The notes under the pieces are model-generated. The model saw only the letters and a list, made by a program, of their open reading frames with translations, ran no database searches and was not told where the DNA came from. From contig MU061579.1 in the NCBI GenBank assembly GCA_013265495.1, positions 4,426,327-4,490,326 of the forward strand: a stretch of 64,000 bases of DNA. The letters are read 5' to 3'. This document shows, piece after piece, positions 38,140 through 50,705 of the stretch. The position numbers and the translations under genes are program-made. Every line of letters starts with the position of its first letter. Positions within the stretch are counted from its first letter, which is position 1. The stretch comes from Vicugna vicugna. Lineage: Eukaryota.

Positions 38140-39860
38140 TGTTTCTCTTTGCAGATATTTAGACATTTTTTAGGATTTCATCCTGATTTGTTTGTAGTGT
38201 TTTTTAGTATATTGCTTTATATAAATGTCTTAGTATTTACTCTAGGTATTAAAAATACACATATGTAACTTATCACTGTCAGCTGGTATTGAAGCTTTGC
38301 CAGTTCACGTGAAATGTCCATTAGGCTCCTTTACCCTCCCCCTTTTCAAAGTGTAGTTCTTAAATAATTTGTCTGTATTCATTGTGCACCACATCTGATA
38401 ATGTTATAATTGTTGCTTCATCCTTCAAATATGGCTTATAAAATGCATGAGAATTAAAATTGTCTATTATATGTACTTCTGCTTTTACTCATTATGTTTT
38501 TTTCTTTCTGAAATTTCAAGCGTTCTTCTATTATTACTTTCTTTTTTTAAAGAGAACTCTTAAAGATGGTTGGTTAAAAGAACTTTTAACCATTCTTAAG
38601 GTTAATTTTGCTGAAACAGTTCTCTTCTTTTACTTCATCTGACAATAGCTCTATCTTCCCTTCATTCCTAAAGAATATTTTCACTAGATATAGGATTTCT
38701 GGTTGACAGTTCTTTTCTTTTAGTTGAAAACTATTGAGTCATGTCCTCCTGGCCTTGATGGTATCAGATGAGACACCTGCTGTCATTTAAATTGGTGTTC
38801 CTCTGCAAGTAATGCATTGTTTCTTTCTGGATGCTTCCAGACTTTTCTTTCTCTTTAGATTTCAGAAGTTTAATTATGAGGTGTCTTGGTGTGGATTTCT
38901 TTTGTGGGTTTATGGCTTCCAACCAATTTGGGAAGTTTTCAGCAATTATTTCTTTGAATACTTTTTTGACCCCCTGCTCTTTCTTTTCCTCCTGTGTTTC
39001 CAATGATATGAATGTTAGCTCTTTTGTAACTGTCACACAGGCCCCTAGCATTTTCCAGTTCTGTAATTTCCATGTGGTTCTTTTTCTAAATTATATTTCT
39101 TTACTGATATTTTCCATTTTGGGGGTTTGTTTTAAAAGAATTCCTATTTGATTGTTAAAGCATTTTCATGATGGCTGCTGAAAAATACTTGTCAAAACAA
39201 TGCAATGTTATTTGGAGGAGGAGCCTTTGGGGGTAACTAGGCCATAAGGGTGGAGCCCTCATGATTTAATTAGTGCCCTTATGAAAACAGACACCAGAGA
39301 GCTTCTTCTCTCTCTGCTCTCTGCCATGTGAGGACACAGCAAGAAGATGGCCATCTACAAACTCGTAAGTGGGTCCTCACCTGAACCCCACCATACTGGT
39401 GCTCTGATCTTGAATTTCCCAGCTTCCAGAACTGTCAAGAAATAAATTTCTGTTGTTTAAGCACCCAGTCTATGATAATTTGTTATAGTTGCCTGGAATA
39501 AGTCAGTTGAGTATGGACAAACTTTTTCTGTCATTAAGCCAGATTGTCCCCTGTCTTTTGGCTGAGAAAATAAGCTCAACTTAAGCTTTTGGTTTTCTGT
39601 TTGTCTCAGCTTATTGGTGATTTTAGGTTGGGGGTTTCTCCAGCATTTCACTCAGAATATATAGGATAAAATAAGGAAATTCAGAGGTCTCACCACTGCC
39701 TTGTTCCTCAAATTCCAAGGTCCATAGGCAATCTGACTTCTTCCCACCTTTGATGTTTTTCTATGCTTGTTTCTGTGTTGTGTCAAGAGATTTTTAGTTA
39801 TGAGATGGAGGACCTGAGAGATATGAGATCACTCTATCTTGACAAGACTTCAGTTTTTTA
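38140..39860 (-). mobile_element. Old L1 5' region/ORF1 relic interrupted by MLT1A
   Basis: ORF 38764-39051 has ORF1p motifs (FKEIIAENFPN, STPRHLIIKLLK). Confidence 0.75.
39207..39502 (+). mobile_element. MaLR LTR (MLT1A-like), 5'-truncated
   Basis: gggtggagccctcatg, gccatgtgaggacacagcaagaagatggcc, aataaatttctgttgtttaagc. Confidence 0.88.
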
Positions 39861-39894
39861 AAACAGCTATCTATTAAACAATAGTACCCTCTCT

Positions 39895-40408
39895 TTTTTT
39901 AATTGAAGTATAGTCAATTTACAATGTGTCAATTTCTGATGTACAGCATAATGTTTCAGTCATACATATACATACATTTATTTTTATATTCTTTTTCATT
40001 ATAGATTACTATGAGATATTGAATATAGTTCCCTGTGCTATACAGAAGAAACTTGTTTTTATTTTATATATACTAGTTAATATTTGCAAATTTCAAACTC
40101 TTAATTGATCCCTTACTACCCTCCTTTCCCACTGGTAACCATGAGATTGTTTACTATGTCTGTGAGTCTATTTCTGTTCTGTAGATAAGTTCATTAGTGT
40201 CTTCTTTTTTTTCTGTTCTTAGATTCCACGTATGAGTGATATCATATGATATTATTCTTTCTCTTTCTGGCTTACTTCACTTAGAATGACAAATCTCTAG
40301 GTCCATCCATGCTACTGCAAATGGCATTACTTTATCATTTTTATGGCTGAGTAATATTCCATTGTATAAATATACTACAACTTCTTTACCCAGTCATCTG
40401 TCATGGGA
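39895..40408 (-). mobile_element. Young L1 3' end (camelid-type)
   Basis: Closely parallels the L1 3' UTR at 3960-4475 and the copy at 55341-55540. Confidence 0.92.
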
Positions 40409-41574
40409 TCAAAGGAAGAGTGAGTGTTTTCAAACTCAATATCATAGATGACATCCAAACAGAGACATAGCATTTTTAAAAACATAAAGGGAATAAATAC
40501 AATTGTGTGTCAGGAGGTCTTTTAGAATCATGGTGGCAGAGCAGCACAGTTACCCAGGAGGCTGTGGAAGTAAGCAGGAGCCACGTCAGTAAGAGCCTTA
40601 CATGCTCAGATTAAGATTTTGAATTTCTTGCTTTGTGGATGGTAATCTCTGGAGTGAAGGTTTTAGTTTTGTAATACAATTAGTTTTACATTCTAGAAAG
40701 GTAAGTTTCATTGTGATGTGGATTATGCACCAGAGTCAAAGAAGTCAAGAGGCAAAAATATCTGATGGTAAGATATCAGGATGTTGGAAGGAACAGACTT
40801 AAAAACAGTATGAGTTTAAGATATAGTCAGGAAGAAAAATCAAGAAATTAAGTTGTGGAGGGCTGGAAGAGTGAATTTTGGGAAATGAGGGAGGGAGAAG
40901 ACTTAAGGATGCCTTCAATATTTCTGGCTTACTGGGTTTGGCAGGATGGCTTAACTGGCATCACAAACACAGGACAGGTATCATATGAGGGGACTAGTAA
41001 TGAAGAGATTAATTTAAGGTGCAAATTACTTTTCAACTTCTATATATTAGCAAGTCATATCTTTCTCACAAAGTTTTATCTCATCTGCTCAGGTCTAAAT
41101 TCTGAAACATGAAGTCCTAGCCTTGGTCGTCTTCCACACTTGTTACTTCTAGTTCTTCTACCTTAATATCAACCCTCGTTGCCTCTTCATGGTCTATTAA
41201 AATCACTTCATATCTCCTCTCTGTGTAGGCTCCCATCACCATGCTCCTGCCCTCAAAGTCTGCTTTCTAAAGACGCTGGGTCACCTTCCCTTCCTGCAAA
41301 ATATTTTCTATAGATCCTCAGTATACACAGATTATACTACACGTTTCTCGTTCTTTTTGATTTTTAGAAACATTTATTATTGGAAAATATTGAAGTATGC
41401 ACATCAGGCTGTTAACCTCAGTTTCCTCACATGGAATTAAATGAAAGAGATAGAAGGAGGCCAAGATCATTACTGCTCGTTTTGAATTGTGTCATTTGTT
41501 ACAAGAGGGATGCACTACTTTGGCAGTGATATGATAAAAGAATTAAAAGAAACTGCTGGGACTTGTTTTCCATT

Positions 41575-42030
41575 CCAGTAGTCACCTAATGTCATAATAA
41601 TGCTGCAACAACCACCAAACCTCAGTAAAATATAACAACAAACTTTTACTGAGCTTGTGAATCTGCAGTCCAGCCAATGAGTTAGTCCAGGCAGTTCTTA
41701 TGATGGCTGGGCTCTTTCACACATATGGCATTGGCCACAGGTCTACTCATTTAGAATTTCAACTGAGATGACAGGAAAGGCTCATCCCTGCTCCACATAA
41801 TGCATCCCACAGGTCAGTCCAAGACAATCTGTTCTCACAACAGAGTCTGAGGAATAAGACTGCATGCAGAAATAGAAAAGTGTCTTCTCTTGCATCTGTT
41901 TATTTATATTTGCTAACATCCTGCTTGTCACTAAATTCACAAAGATGAGCCTGGAATCCCAAGAATGAAGTAGAACATGCCACACAATATTGCAGAGTTA
42001 CATGGCAAAGATACAAGGGGAGGGGAAAAA
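41575..42030 (-). mobile_element. Old MaLR LTR (MLT1 group)
   Basis: aataatgctgcaacaaccaccaaacctcagt; atttgctaacatcc; gcagagttacatggcaaag. Confidence 0.65.
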
Positions 42031-42099
42031 TTGAAGGCAGGCAGTCAACGTGGAAGAACCACATAATGTATTATGCATTGGGACTTCTGTATTTTATTT

Positions 42100-42570
42100 A
42101 TTCATCAGACAGGTATGCATTCATCCTTAGTTCTAGGTGTTATGAGTTCAGCAATGGTTAAAATAAAATTCCAGTCCTTACTTCCTGGTGAAATAGAGGA
42201 CCAGTAATAAGTAAAATACATATACATTCAAATTTAAGGAGTGATATGAGCAATTAACCTGGGTAAGGGGATACAGATGGGTGGATTGAGTAGGTGGTCA
42301 GAACAAGATTTCTGGGGGAGTGAAACACAAAGACTGAAGTGAAGAATTAGAGTAAGGCAATGCAAAGGTTTGGGGAACGTGTCTTCCAGACAGATGGAAG
42401 AACATGTGTGAGGCATCTGGGGTGAGAACAAGAATGGGAGTCTTTTCCAACCTTAGCAAGTCAGTCCGCCTGGAGTGCAGGGAGTGAGGAAGGCGGTGGG
42501 GGGAGTGAGGACAAGAGGGCTGGTGAGGTCACATTACTGGGGCTCTAGAGCCTGGGAGGAGGAGGAGTAC
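42100..42570 (-). mobile_element. L2 fragment
   Basis: ttctaggtgttatgagttcagcaatg; cttccagacagatggaagaacatgtgtgagg. Confidence 0.65.
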
Positions 42571-42597
42571 AGACTTATTGAGAGCATGTTAAGAAGT

Positions 42598-43093
42598 TGA
42601 AGGCAAGCAAATATGTCACCCCAAAATATGTCACTTTGGCATACTGATTATTTTGAATGAAAGTTACTTGAGAAACAGCCACACAAGAAGTACATTCTGA
42701 TCCTTCTTGGTCCCCCTGAAAGCAGGAAATGAATCTCCCATGTGAAAGGTCCTTCCTTATACTAAGAGGAAGAGACATCTTTATCAACAAAGAGAGGGAA
42801 TTTAAGGCCAAAAAAGGCTATGTAAACACACCTTATTATTTCCACACTAATTTACTACCTGAAGGTGAAACGTCTTCATCTTACCAATTCTTCACAAATA
42901 ATTGTTTCTTTGTCTGGAAGGTATAAAAGCTGCCTACTCTGGTCACTTCTTTGAGTCTCAGATTTTAATGGGACTCCCATATGTATGAAATCAAATTTTT
43001 TTTCTCTTGTTAATAGCTGTTTTATGTCAATTTAATTATTAGACCATCCAAAGAACCTAGAAAGAAAGAAGGGAAAAGTATTCCTTGTCTACG
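42598..43093 (+). mobile_element. ERV1-class solo LTR
   Basis: tgaagg...tctacg ends; near-TSD aagt/aagc; gtataaaagc TATA. Confidence 0.85.
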
Positions 43094-44369
43094 AAGCCAT
43101 TTGAACTTTGAAAGTAATGCAAATATAAATTTTTATAAGATAACTCTAGGAGTGCATGTTATTTATCCTTTACCAGATATAAAAGATACAGAATTATCTT
43201 CATTTTACACTTGGGAAAACTGAGGCCCAAATATGTTAACATAATGTTTTATTAGAGAGTTCTCACAGTCCATTCTGAATTAATAGTCAATGTGATTTTA
43301 AAATGCCAAGAAGTAGGTTTTAAAATAAATAACGAAATATATTTCATCATTCTTAAAGAATGCTATTATTAGAGTGGACAGAGAAGAGGGAAAAGTTTTA
43401 TAATAATATATAGGATGATGTATCTAGGAACTGAAATCATATGAGTTGAGTACTTGTTTAATCAAAATGCACTGAACATAAAGCATTCACTGTGTATTAC
43501 AATGCTGTTGACAAGCCATGAAAGATTCTCTCATGATTTCTATAGGTGGACAGGTTGATTTGGCAGATATATAAACTAGGTGTCCTCTAAAAATTGTGGC
43601 AAAGATTAAATGATTTGACAGTGGAGTACAAGAAAATTTTACTTTTGAAAGTCTTATAAATCTGAGAGTATTTTCAATAATCCAACTTCGGGCAATAATA
43701 AAGAAGAAGTAGAGAAATACATAGCAAATAATAAATTACCTTAATGTATAAAGGAGGATGACCATAGAACATTCTACCTCTTATGAAAGATTATGGTATT
43801 TAGGGCCAGACTGAATTTTGATAAATAATATGATCAACTGTTCCTGCTTCCTGAAAGAATTTGAAACAATCCAGATTGATTAACAGGATACTCTCTTCAG
43901 TCAGCACTAATGAATTCTGACTCTATGCCCATTTTTGCATTAGGAAAAAAAAATCACAAATGTTTTAGTCAATCTACAACTGAGCATAGGCCTTGAACAG
44001 TAGATTCTCCCACTGATATCCTAGATTATGGTGCCTTAACTCTGACAGTATTAAAAACAAAGGCCTTCTTGGGGAGTGATGGGAATGTCAGCTATCTTGA
44101 TTGTGTGTGATTTCACAGGTGTATGAACAAGTAAATAATAACTTAAAAGAAAGAAACAAGTAAGGCCTTGATACTGTTACAGCTCCAGTCCTGCACTTTG
44201 AACGGCGTTCTGTATTCTAATTCCAAAATGGTCAGCTTGGTGGGAACCCTTCACTCCACATCCTGTCTGGTCTGCAGGCTAAAAACTTGGCCTACACGGT
44301 GCTGAGAGAAAGGAACTGTTGTCGAGACCTTACGTTTTCTTAAGATCTTCATATTTTTGCCACGTTTCC

Positions 44370-45015
44370 CTGATGTGTTAAATCTAGTGGTTGAAAGGAA
44401 GAAGCGTCTTGTGTCTCAGAGCCCTGCAGGTCGGCTGGACTCAGCTCTGCAGTCCTTCTGCTGGTCTCACTTGGTGTCTCAGGCAATGGCGCTCAGCTGT
44501 GACAATGAGGGTTAAACATGAAGAATTTAATGGCAGCAGCAGCAGGACAGTTGACCAAGCGCAGCACTCATCGAGGTGCAGGCCCTTCTAAGCACCTGGC
44601 CTTGTGGGACTACACAGATCGAATGCCCAGGAAACCGACCCCGGATGTTGGCGAAGGCTGGCGTTGTCTTTAGGCTTAAAGACAATGGGATGCTAGGACG
44701 GCTGAACCTCATTCACTCCCTCTCCATGTAGTCCAGGGCTTCTCTTCCCCACCTGGCCTCTACACATGGTCTGTCCATGTGGTCTTTCCAGCAAGATCAA
44801 AGGACTTCTCACATGGCAACTCAGGGCTTCCAGTGACATGCATTCAAAGGGAGAAGATGAGGAAGCTCCGAGGTTTCTTAATAGCAAGTGCCAGGATTAT
44901 TACTGTTACTGTGTTCAGTTGGTTAATGCAGTCATAGACCAACCCAACGTCATTTCAAGGGCATGCACACCAGATGGCACGGTCCATTGGGGGCCATATG
45001 TGGGAGAATAGCTAT
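44370..45015 (-). mobile_element. Old MaLR LTR (MLT1 group) carrying a MER91 insertion
   Basis: ggctggactcagct, ggacttctcacatggcaactcagggcttcca; ORF 44693-44887 is an MLT1-derived frame. Confidence 0.7.
44510..44643 (-). mobile_element. MER91-like hAT-Tip100 fragment
   Basis: Reverse complement ggggtcggtttcctgggcattcgatctgtgtagtcccacaaggcc...cttagaagggcc matches the remembered MER91 5' end. Confidence 0.7.
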
Positions 45016-45029
45016 CATACTTATTTAGT

Positions 45030-45290
45030 CCATCACAAGGGTTATTTCCTGACTTCTTTCAGATATAGATGCAATGTTACCTGCTCTGCAACAGTCTTTG
45101 GTCATCCTAACTAAAATGGTCTCCCCTCCCCAACATGTTATGTCAATAATCAGTTAGATATTTGTCTCACTGGAATATTTTCTTCATGAGAGTAAAAACT
45201 TTGTCTTGTCTACTGCTGAATACCCAGTGCCTGGAAGACTGCCTTGCGTAAAATAAGTAATTAAACATTTGTTAAAGAATTAATCAATAA
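45030..45290 (+). mobile_element. L2 3' end
   Basis: ctttgtcttgtctactgctgaatacccagtgcctggaa...catttgttaaagaattaat. Confidence 0.75.
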
Positions 45291-45336
45291 ATCTTACATA
45301 TCAGAAACCACATGTATATATGTGTACATATGTATA

Positions 45337-45432
45337 TATCTCTATCTACCTATTTATCTATCATCTATCTTCTTTCTTTCTATCTATCTGTCTGTCTATC
45401 TACCTATCTATCTATCTATCATCTATCTATCT
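45337..45432. repeat. Compound (TCTA)/(TCTT)/(TCTG) tetranucleotide repeat
   Basis: Read directly. Confidence 0.95.
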
Positions 45433-46521
45433 CTAATTACCACTTGGAAAATGTAGGTAAAATAATTTGGGTTTCATTATAGTAGGTGATAGTAGTGGAG
45501 ATGGTCTGTAGGGTAGGAGTGTATTCAAGAAAAGTATTCAGTTTAGATAGCTGAATCTGATTTTGCATATTTTTAGGTCTCTGCAGTGGCTTACATTCTG
45601 GGTAGCTATGCCAAACATGATCATAAAGATGGCTTTCTGATTTGGTTTATTATCATGTACATAAACAGGCTCTTTCTTGCTTTTACATAACAAATTCTTC
45701 CATTATACGATGAAAGGGTCTGGTTTCTCTGTGTATTTCTTTGTAGTGGTCACAATGTTGACTCTGACTGTTGGAAAGACAGCAATATACAGAGTTAAAG
45801 GGAACAAGTGCCTTTGATGGCAATACATAAATACTTGTAATCTTCCTCCTCTGCAGGCCAGTGGTGTAAAGAGGCTATTAATAAACAAGTTTATTTAGAA
45901 GGACATTAGAAAATCAGCATAGGGAAGATGAGAGCATTGCTTTCCCTATCTCCCAGGGAGAACAAATAAGTAGAAAAATTATAGCGAAAAAGCCAAGAGC
46001 GCACATGAGCACGTTTATGCAGTTCACATACGTGCATCTATCCTAAAGATATCTGTAGACATGACTGTGTCCCTGGACTCAGAATTACTCAGGGATGTTA
46101 ATTTCCTAAGAGTCAGAGCTTAATTGACATGCTACATTTGGCTCTTTGCATTCATTTATTTGCTTAGTCTAACTCAGACTAATTATTTGACTAAGCAAGC
46201 AAGAGGTTGTTTTCAATCAGTCTGTACCAAGTGTCTAATACTGTCTTTGAGTGAAGGTTGTTTCAAATATCATGAGGCAGATTCTGAAACAGATTAGTAC
46301 TAAAAAAAAAAAAAAAAAAAACTTGAGCATAAACATCTTTCTGAAAGAAAGTGACAAAAAATAATATACTGTTCATTGTATTATATTCCAAATAAATTTG
46401 ATATCCAATCTTAAACTATTTCCCGCTTTCTGACAGTCTTCAATCCAAATCCACTACCTTGAACCCTCCCCCAAATCACAAGCCCAAATCTTGTAACAAG
46501 ATTTTACACACACACACACAC

Positions 46522-46670
46522 AATAGGGAAGAACAAATCTGATTCTATGTTAAATCTGTTTCTTATACTCTAACTTTTATGTTTTATTGCTTTTGCTGCA
46601 AATTAATCACTAAAGGGATGCTGCCTATAGCATAAAGTATACAAAATGGTCCATCGTAGGAATCCCTTCC
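46522..46670 (+). mobile_element. Partial ERV1-class LTR 5' end
   Basis: atagggaagaacaaatctgattctatgtt resembles an LTR start; no 3' end or TSD seen. Confidence 0.45.
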
Positions 46671-48849
46671 CTCTTATTTTGTAGCTTTGTTAATGTTTGC
46701 TAGCTAAGTTAATGTTTAATGGACCTATTTGTTATATTCATTCTTTTTACTTTTGAGTTTGATTTAGCTAACACATAATAAATACACATATAAAAATATA
46801 TTCACCCAGCAGAGATTCTTCATTAATAAACCCATTTAGAAAATATTTATTGAATACCTGCAATTGTCAGAAACCAAACTTGATCATTGGTTTCTTAGTT
46901 CTTAGGATCAATGTAGTCTACAGAGTGAAAGTTAAAGCCATGAGAAGACCGCATGTGCTATATGATTATAACATGCATATGATAGTACATATATGCTATA
47001 TAATAATGGACCACATAAAATGTTAATACACAATGCAGACTGATAACACTAAGTATGTTGACACTTTTAAACAGCTAGTCAAAAGTTATTATTCTTTAGG
47101 AATTTATGGAAAACCATCTATACACAAACCCCCAAGCTCCTCCTTCAAAATAAGATCTATTTAGTTAATTAAAGTGAGACTTTGAAAATATACAATGTGT
47201 TCAGAAGTTTCAATCTATGGTAAAAGTACATGCATGCAATTCATCTCATTCCTTTAATAATTGCAAATTATGAAACTAAATGATTGAGGGAATGGAGCCT
47301 TTCTTTGCTTTTTTTTTTTCTTTTCTTTGTTTCTTTTCCCAGTGTCCATATAAGAAATCCCTGATGGTCATGAGAAATCCTTATGGAAATTCAGCTACCA
47401 ATTCACAAGCTTCAATAAATGATCTGGTTTTTTTTTTTTTTTTTCTGAAACGAAGATTTGTCCTCATGGGATAAATGGGTTTGAGATATTGTTGCTTTTA
47501 TGGAAATTGCAGCCATTTTATCATGACACTTCAAAACAATATTTCTTACTGATTCGTATTTATCTTTGATTCTAAAGATCTTCTGTGTTTGTAAGTGATA
47601 GATAAGAATCTTTCCAAATTTAATCAGTGCAATTCTCAGTAGTATATTAGATTGTAGCTTACTGCATAGTTTTGATGTATTGCCTAAGAAAAGAAAAATA
47701 TATACCCTGACTTGGTTTAATATGCCTTTTCAGAAGAGCATTTGAATTGGCTTGAAACCATTTTGACATGTACTTGAAGACTATAAATGCTGCAAATGGC
47801 AGCTTTTAATCAATGTGATAAATAGCAAAGGTCTGTAAATGATATCAAATAATTTCTAAAAATGAAAACTAATTTTCCACTCCCACTGCTAGCAAATTTG
47901 TCAACCACATTTTGGTAGAACCAAAGCATCTGCTCTTTGAAGCTGTGTAAACTCTCGCAGTAAAATGATGCATTATTGTGTTTTCAGATATACATTCATC
48001 TCATTCCAAATTTGGTATGTTTATGAAGTACTAAGATAAAATTCCTGATTGAAAATTTTGTGCAGTTAGATTAAAGACAGGAATTGTGTTGATTAAAGTT
48101 TGAGCTTTGGTATTGCTCTTTCTCCTTTTTTAAAAAAGTTCTTTCTTACTGTACTATAGGACGAGTATCTTTTCTTCTTTCTTTTCTGTCTTTTATTTCA
48201 TTTTGAAATTTTTATTTTGAAAAAGCTAATACATGTAAAGAATATAAAACATTGAATTAGAGCATAGCAGGCAATCAGGAGTTCTTAGGTAATATTGTTA
48301 TAAAGAATTGCAGTAAACATTAATGTGTTTTAATGTTGTAATTAAAAAAATACAGTTTTTGATAACATGATATTAGCATGCTGTTTGATCAGTGCCATAT
48401 TAAGCACCTACTTCATACCACGTGCCATGTAAACCCAAGAGACTGAAGTGCACCATGGGTATACCATGAATGTAAAGGTAAATAAACTACAAATATATAT
48501 CTTAAGGAATTTATTTAGTAAGGGAAATGTCTAAATTATATTTCAAATATTATTATCTTGTTTGAATTCTACGAAAGATGCCTGTAGGAAATGTTTGGAG
48601 ACTGAGAGGAAGACCATTTCAGATAGGAAGAAGAATCTGAAAAAAAGATACAAAAACAAGAACATGGAAAAAAATATATACTCTGGTATTTCTGGATATA
48701 CACTGTAGAGTGTGATGGGACTTTGATAAAAATTTATGTTGGGCCAGTCCATGCTTAAGGCCTCTTCTTTTTTTGTTTGCTTGTTTGTTTTAGGGGGTTT
48801 TTTATTGCAATGTTCTTCATCCATCTATCTTTCATGGTTCAGTTCCTGT

Positions 48850-49170
48850 AGATTTCTGCACATTTATCATCATTTTTGAAAGCCCTTCCCCAATCACCCT
48901 ATATAACATAGAAAATCTACTGTCACCTCTTCTTACCGTAGCCTTTTATTCCCATCCTGCTTCCTTACTATAAAGGTGCTTAAAACCATTAAGCACAGTA
49001 CATACCTACACATTTATTTGTTTTAATGTCTCTGTTCTTGAGCTAATGAACATTCCATTAAGGAAGCAACTTTCTTTTGTTTATTTCAATATTCCCTACT
49101 AGTACCTAGAGCAGTGCCTGGCAAATAACAAGTACTCGATAAGTTTTTTTCTTGAATTACTGATTTAACT
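48850..49170 (+). mobile_element. L2 3' end
   Basis: gtacctagagcagtgcctggcaaataacaagtactcgataag. Confidence 0.75.
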
Positions 49171-49724
49171 TACTTACGTATTAATCAAAATTTAAGCATA
49201 CATGCATAATTAGTTTTTAGTGGAGACTCCTTTCTATTTCTCTGGAATATTTGAATTCCCTTTTCTAGATTATAGATTCCTTTAGCACAGTTCTGTCTTG
49301 TTTACTATTGAATCCTGAGCATGTAAATGGAATATAATAGGTGCTTAAAATACATACAATGAAGGAATGAATCTACAAGCATCATTCCAATGCCTTTGTT
49401 GTAGACTTCTCTTCATCTGAGTCTCTATTCTATATGCCTATACTTTCTACTTGATCATTCTATTCTTTAAAGACTACTTCTCTGAGAATCCTATAAATGT
49501 TGGTGTTTTTCAAAATCACATTCTAGGTGCCTTCCTATTTCATATACTGTCCCTACATCTTTTTATCAATTTTAATTCTATGGAAATTTGTCTCAGGATT
49601 TCTTTTAAAAGCACTGATCCTTTATTTTGATTTATAATTCATTTTGTCATGTGAATTTAAGACATTTGATAAGACTTGTTAATGGAAATATGTACATTTA
49701 CCATTAGAAAAAAATTATGAACCA

Positions 49725-50705
49725 CTGTGACATCAGCAACATGGCTGAATAGATGTTCCTCCACTGAACAACATTTTAGCATCCATTCACAGACAAAGGT
49801 ACCTTTGCAGGAACTGTGGGATCCAGCAACATACACTAGGGAATCCAGGAGGAATATTACTCACCCATGTGTCAGGTGATAGGCATAGAGACCTCAGTCC
49901 TGGCCGTGGGTGAGTAGTGCCCCATGAACCAATTCCACACTGTCCTAGGAGCCTTTGGAAAACACTGTCTGAGACAATCACCCACAGGTGAGAGAGCTGT
50001 TGTGTTTCTAACCAAGAAGTTCCAGTACCCCACTGGAGCCAAAAATAGAAATTTAATGAATCAGGAAGGGTAACAAATTGTTTGACTTAGCATGCATCAT
50101 AAGCAACAAAAGCAGAAATAAACAAGTGGGACTCCCTCAAACTAAAATGCTTGTTGCACAGCAAAGGAAATCATCAACAAAATGAAAAGGCAACCTACAG
50201 TACGGGAGAAAATATTTGCAAACCATATATATGATAAGGGGTTAATATCCAAAATATACAAGAAACTCGTACAACTGAACAGCAAAACAAATAATCTAGC
50301 TTAGAAACTGGCAGAGAAACTGAATAGACGTTTTCCAAAGACTTGCAAATGGCCAAGAGGTACATGAAAAGGTGCTCAACTTCACTAATTATCAGAGAAA
50401 TGCAAATGAAAACCACAATGAGATATCACCTTACACTTGTTAGACTGGCTACTATCAAACGACGAGACAAAAATGTTGGCAAAGATATGGAGAAAAGGAA
50501 ACACTTGTGCACTCTTACAGGAATGTAAATTTCTATAGCCACTATGGAAAACAGTATGGAGGTTCCTCAAAAAATTAAAAAATAGCACTGTCATATGCTC
50601 CAGCAATCCCACTTCTGCTATAGATGTAAAAGAAATGAAATCAGGACGTTGAAGTGATATTCGCACTCCTGTTTTCATTGTGGGGCATTGTTCCACAGCA
50701 AACAG
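49725..50705 (+). mobile_element. L1: 5'UTR-like segment joined directly to an ORF2 C-terminal segment
   Basis: gacatcagcaacatggctgaatag is an L1 start-like motif; from about 50101 the sequence is ORF2 C-terminal ([24 protein letters not shown]). Confidence 0.75.

Noticed and set aside
46302..46321. A20 run as the tail of a processed pseudogene
   Set aside because: No upstream ORF, adjacent polyA signal or TSD identified.
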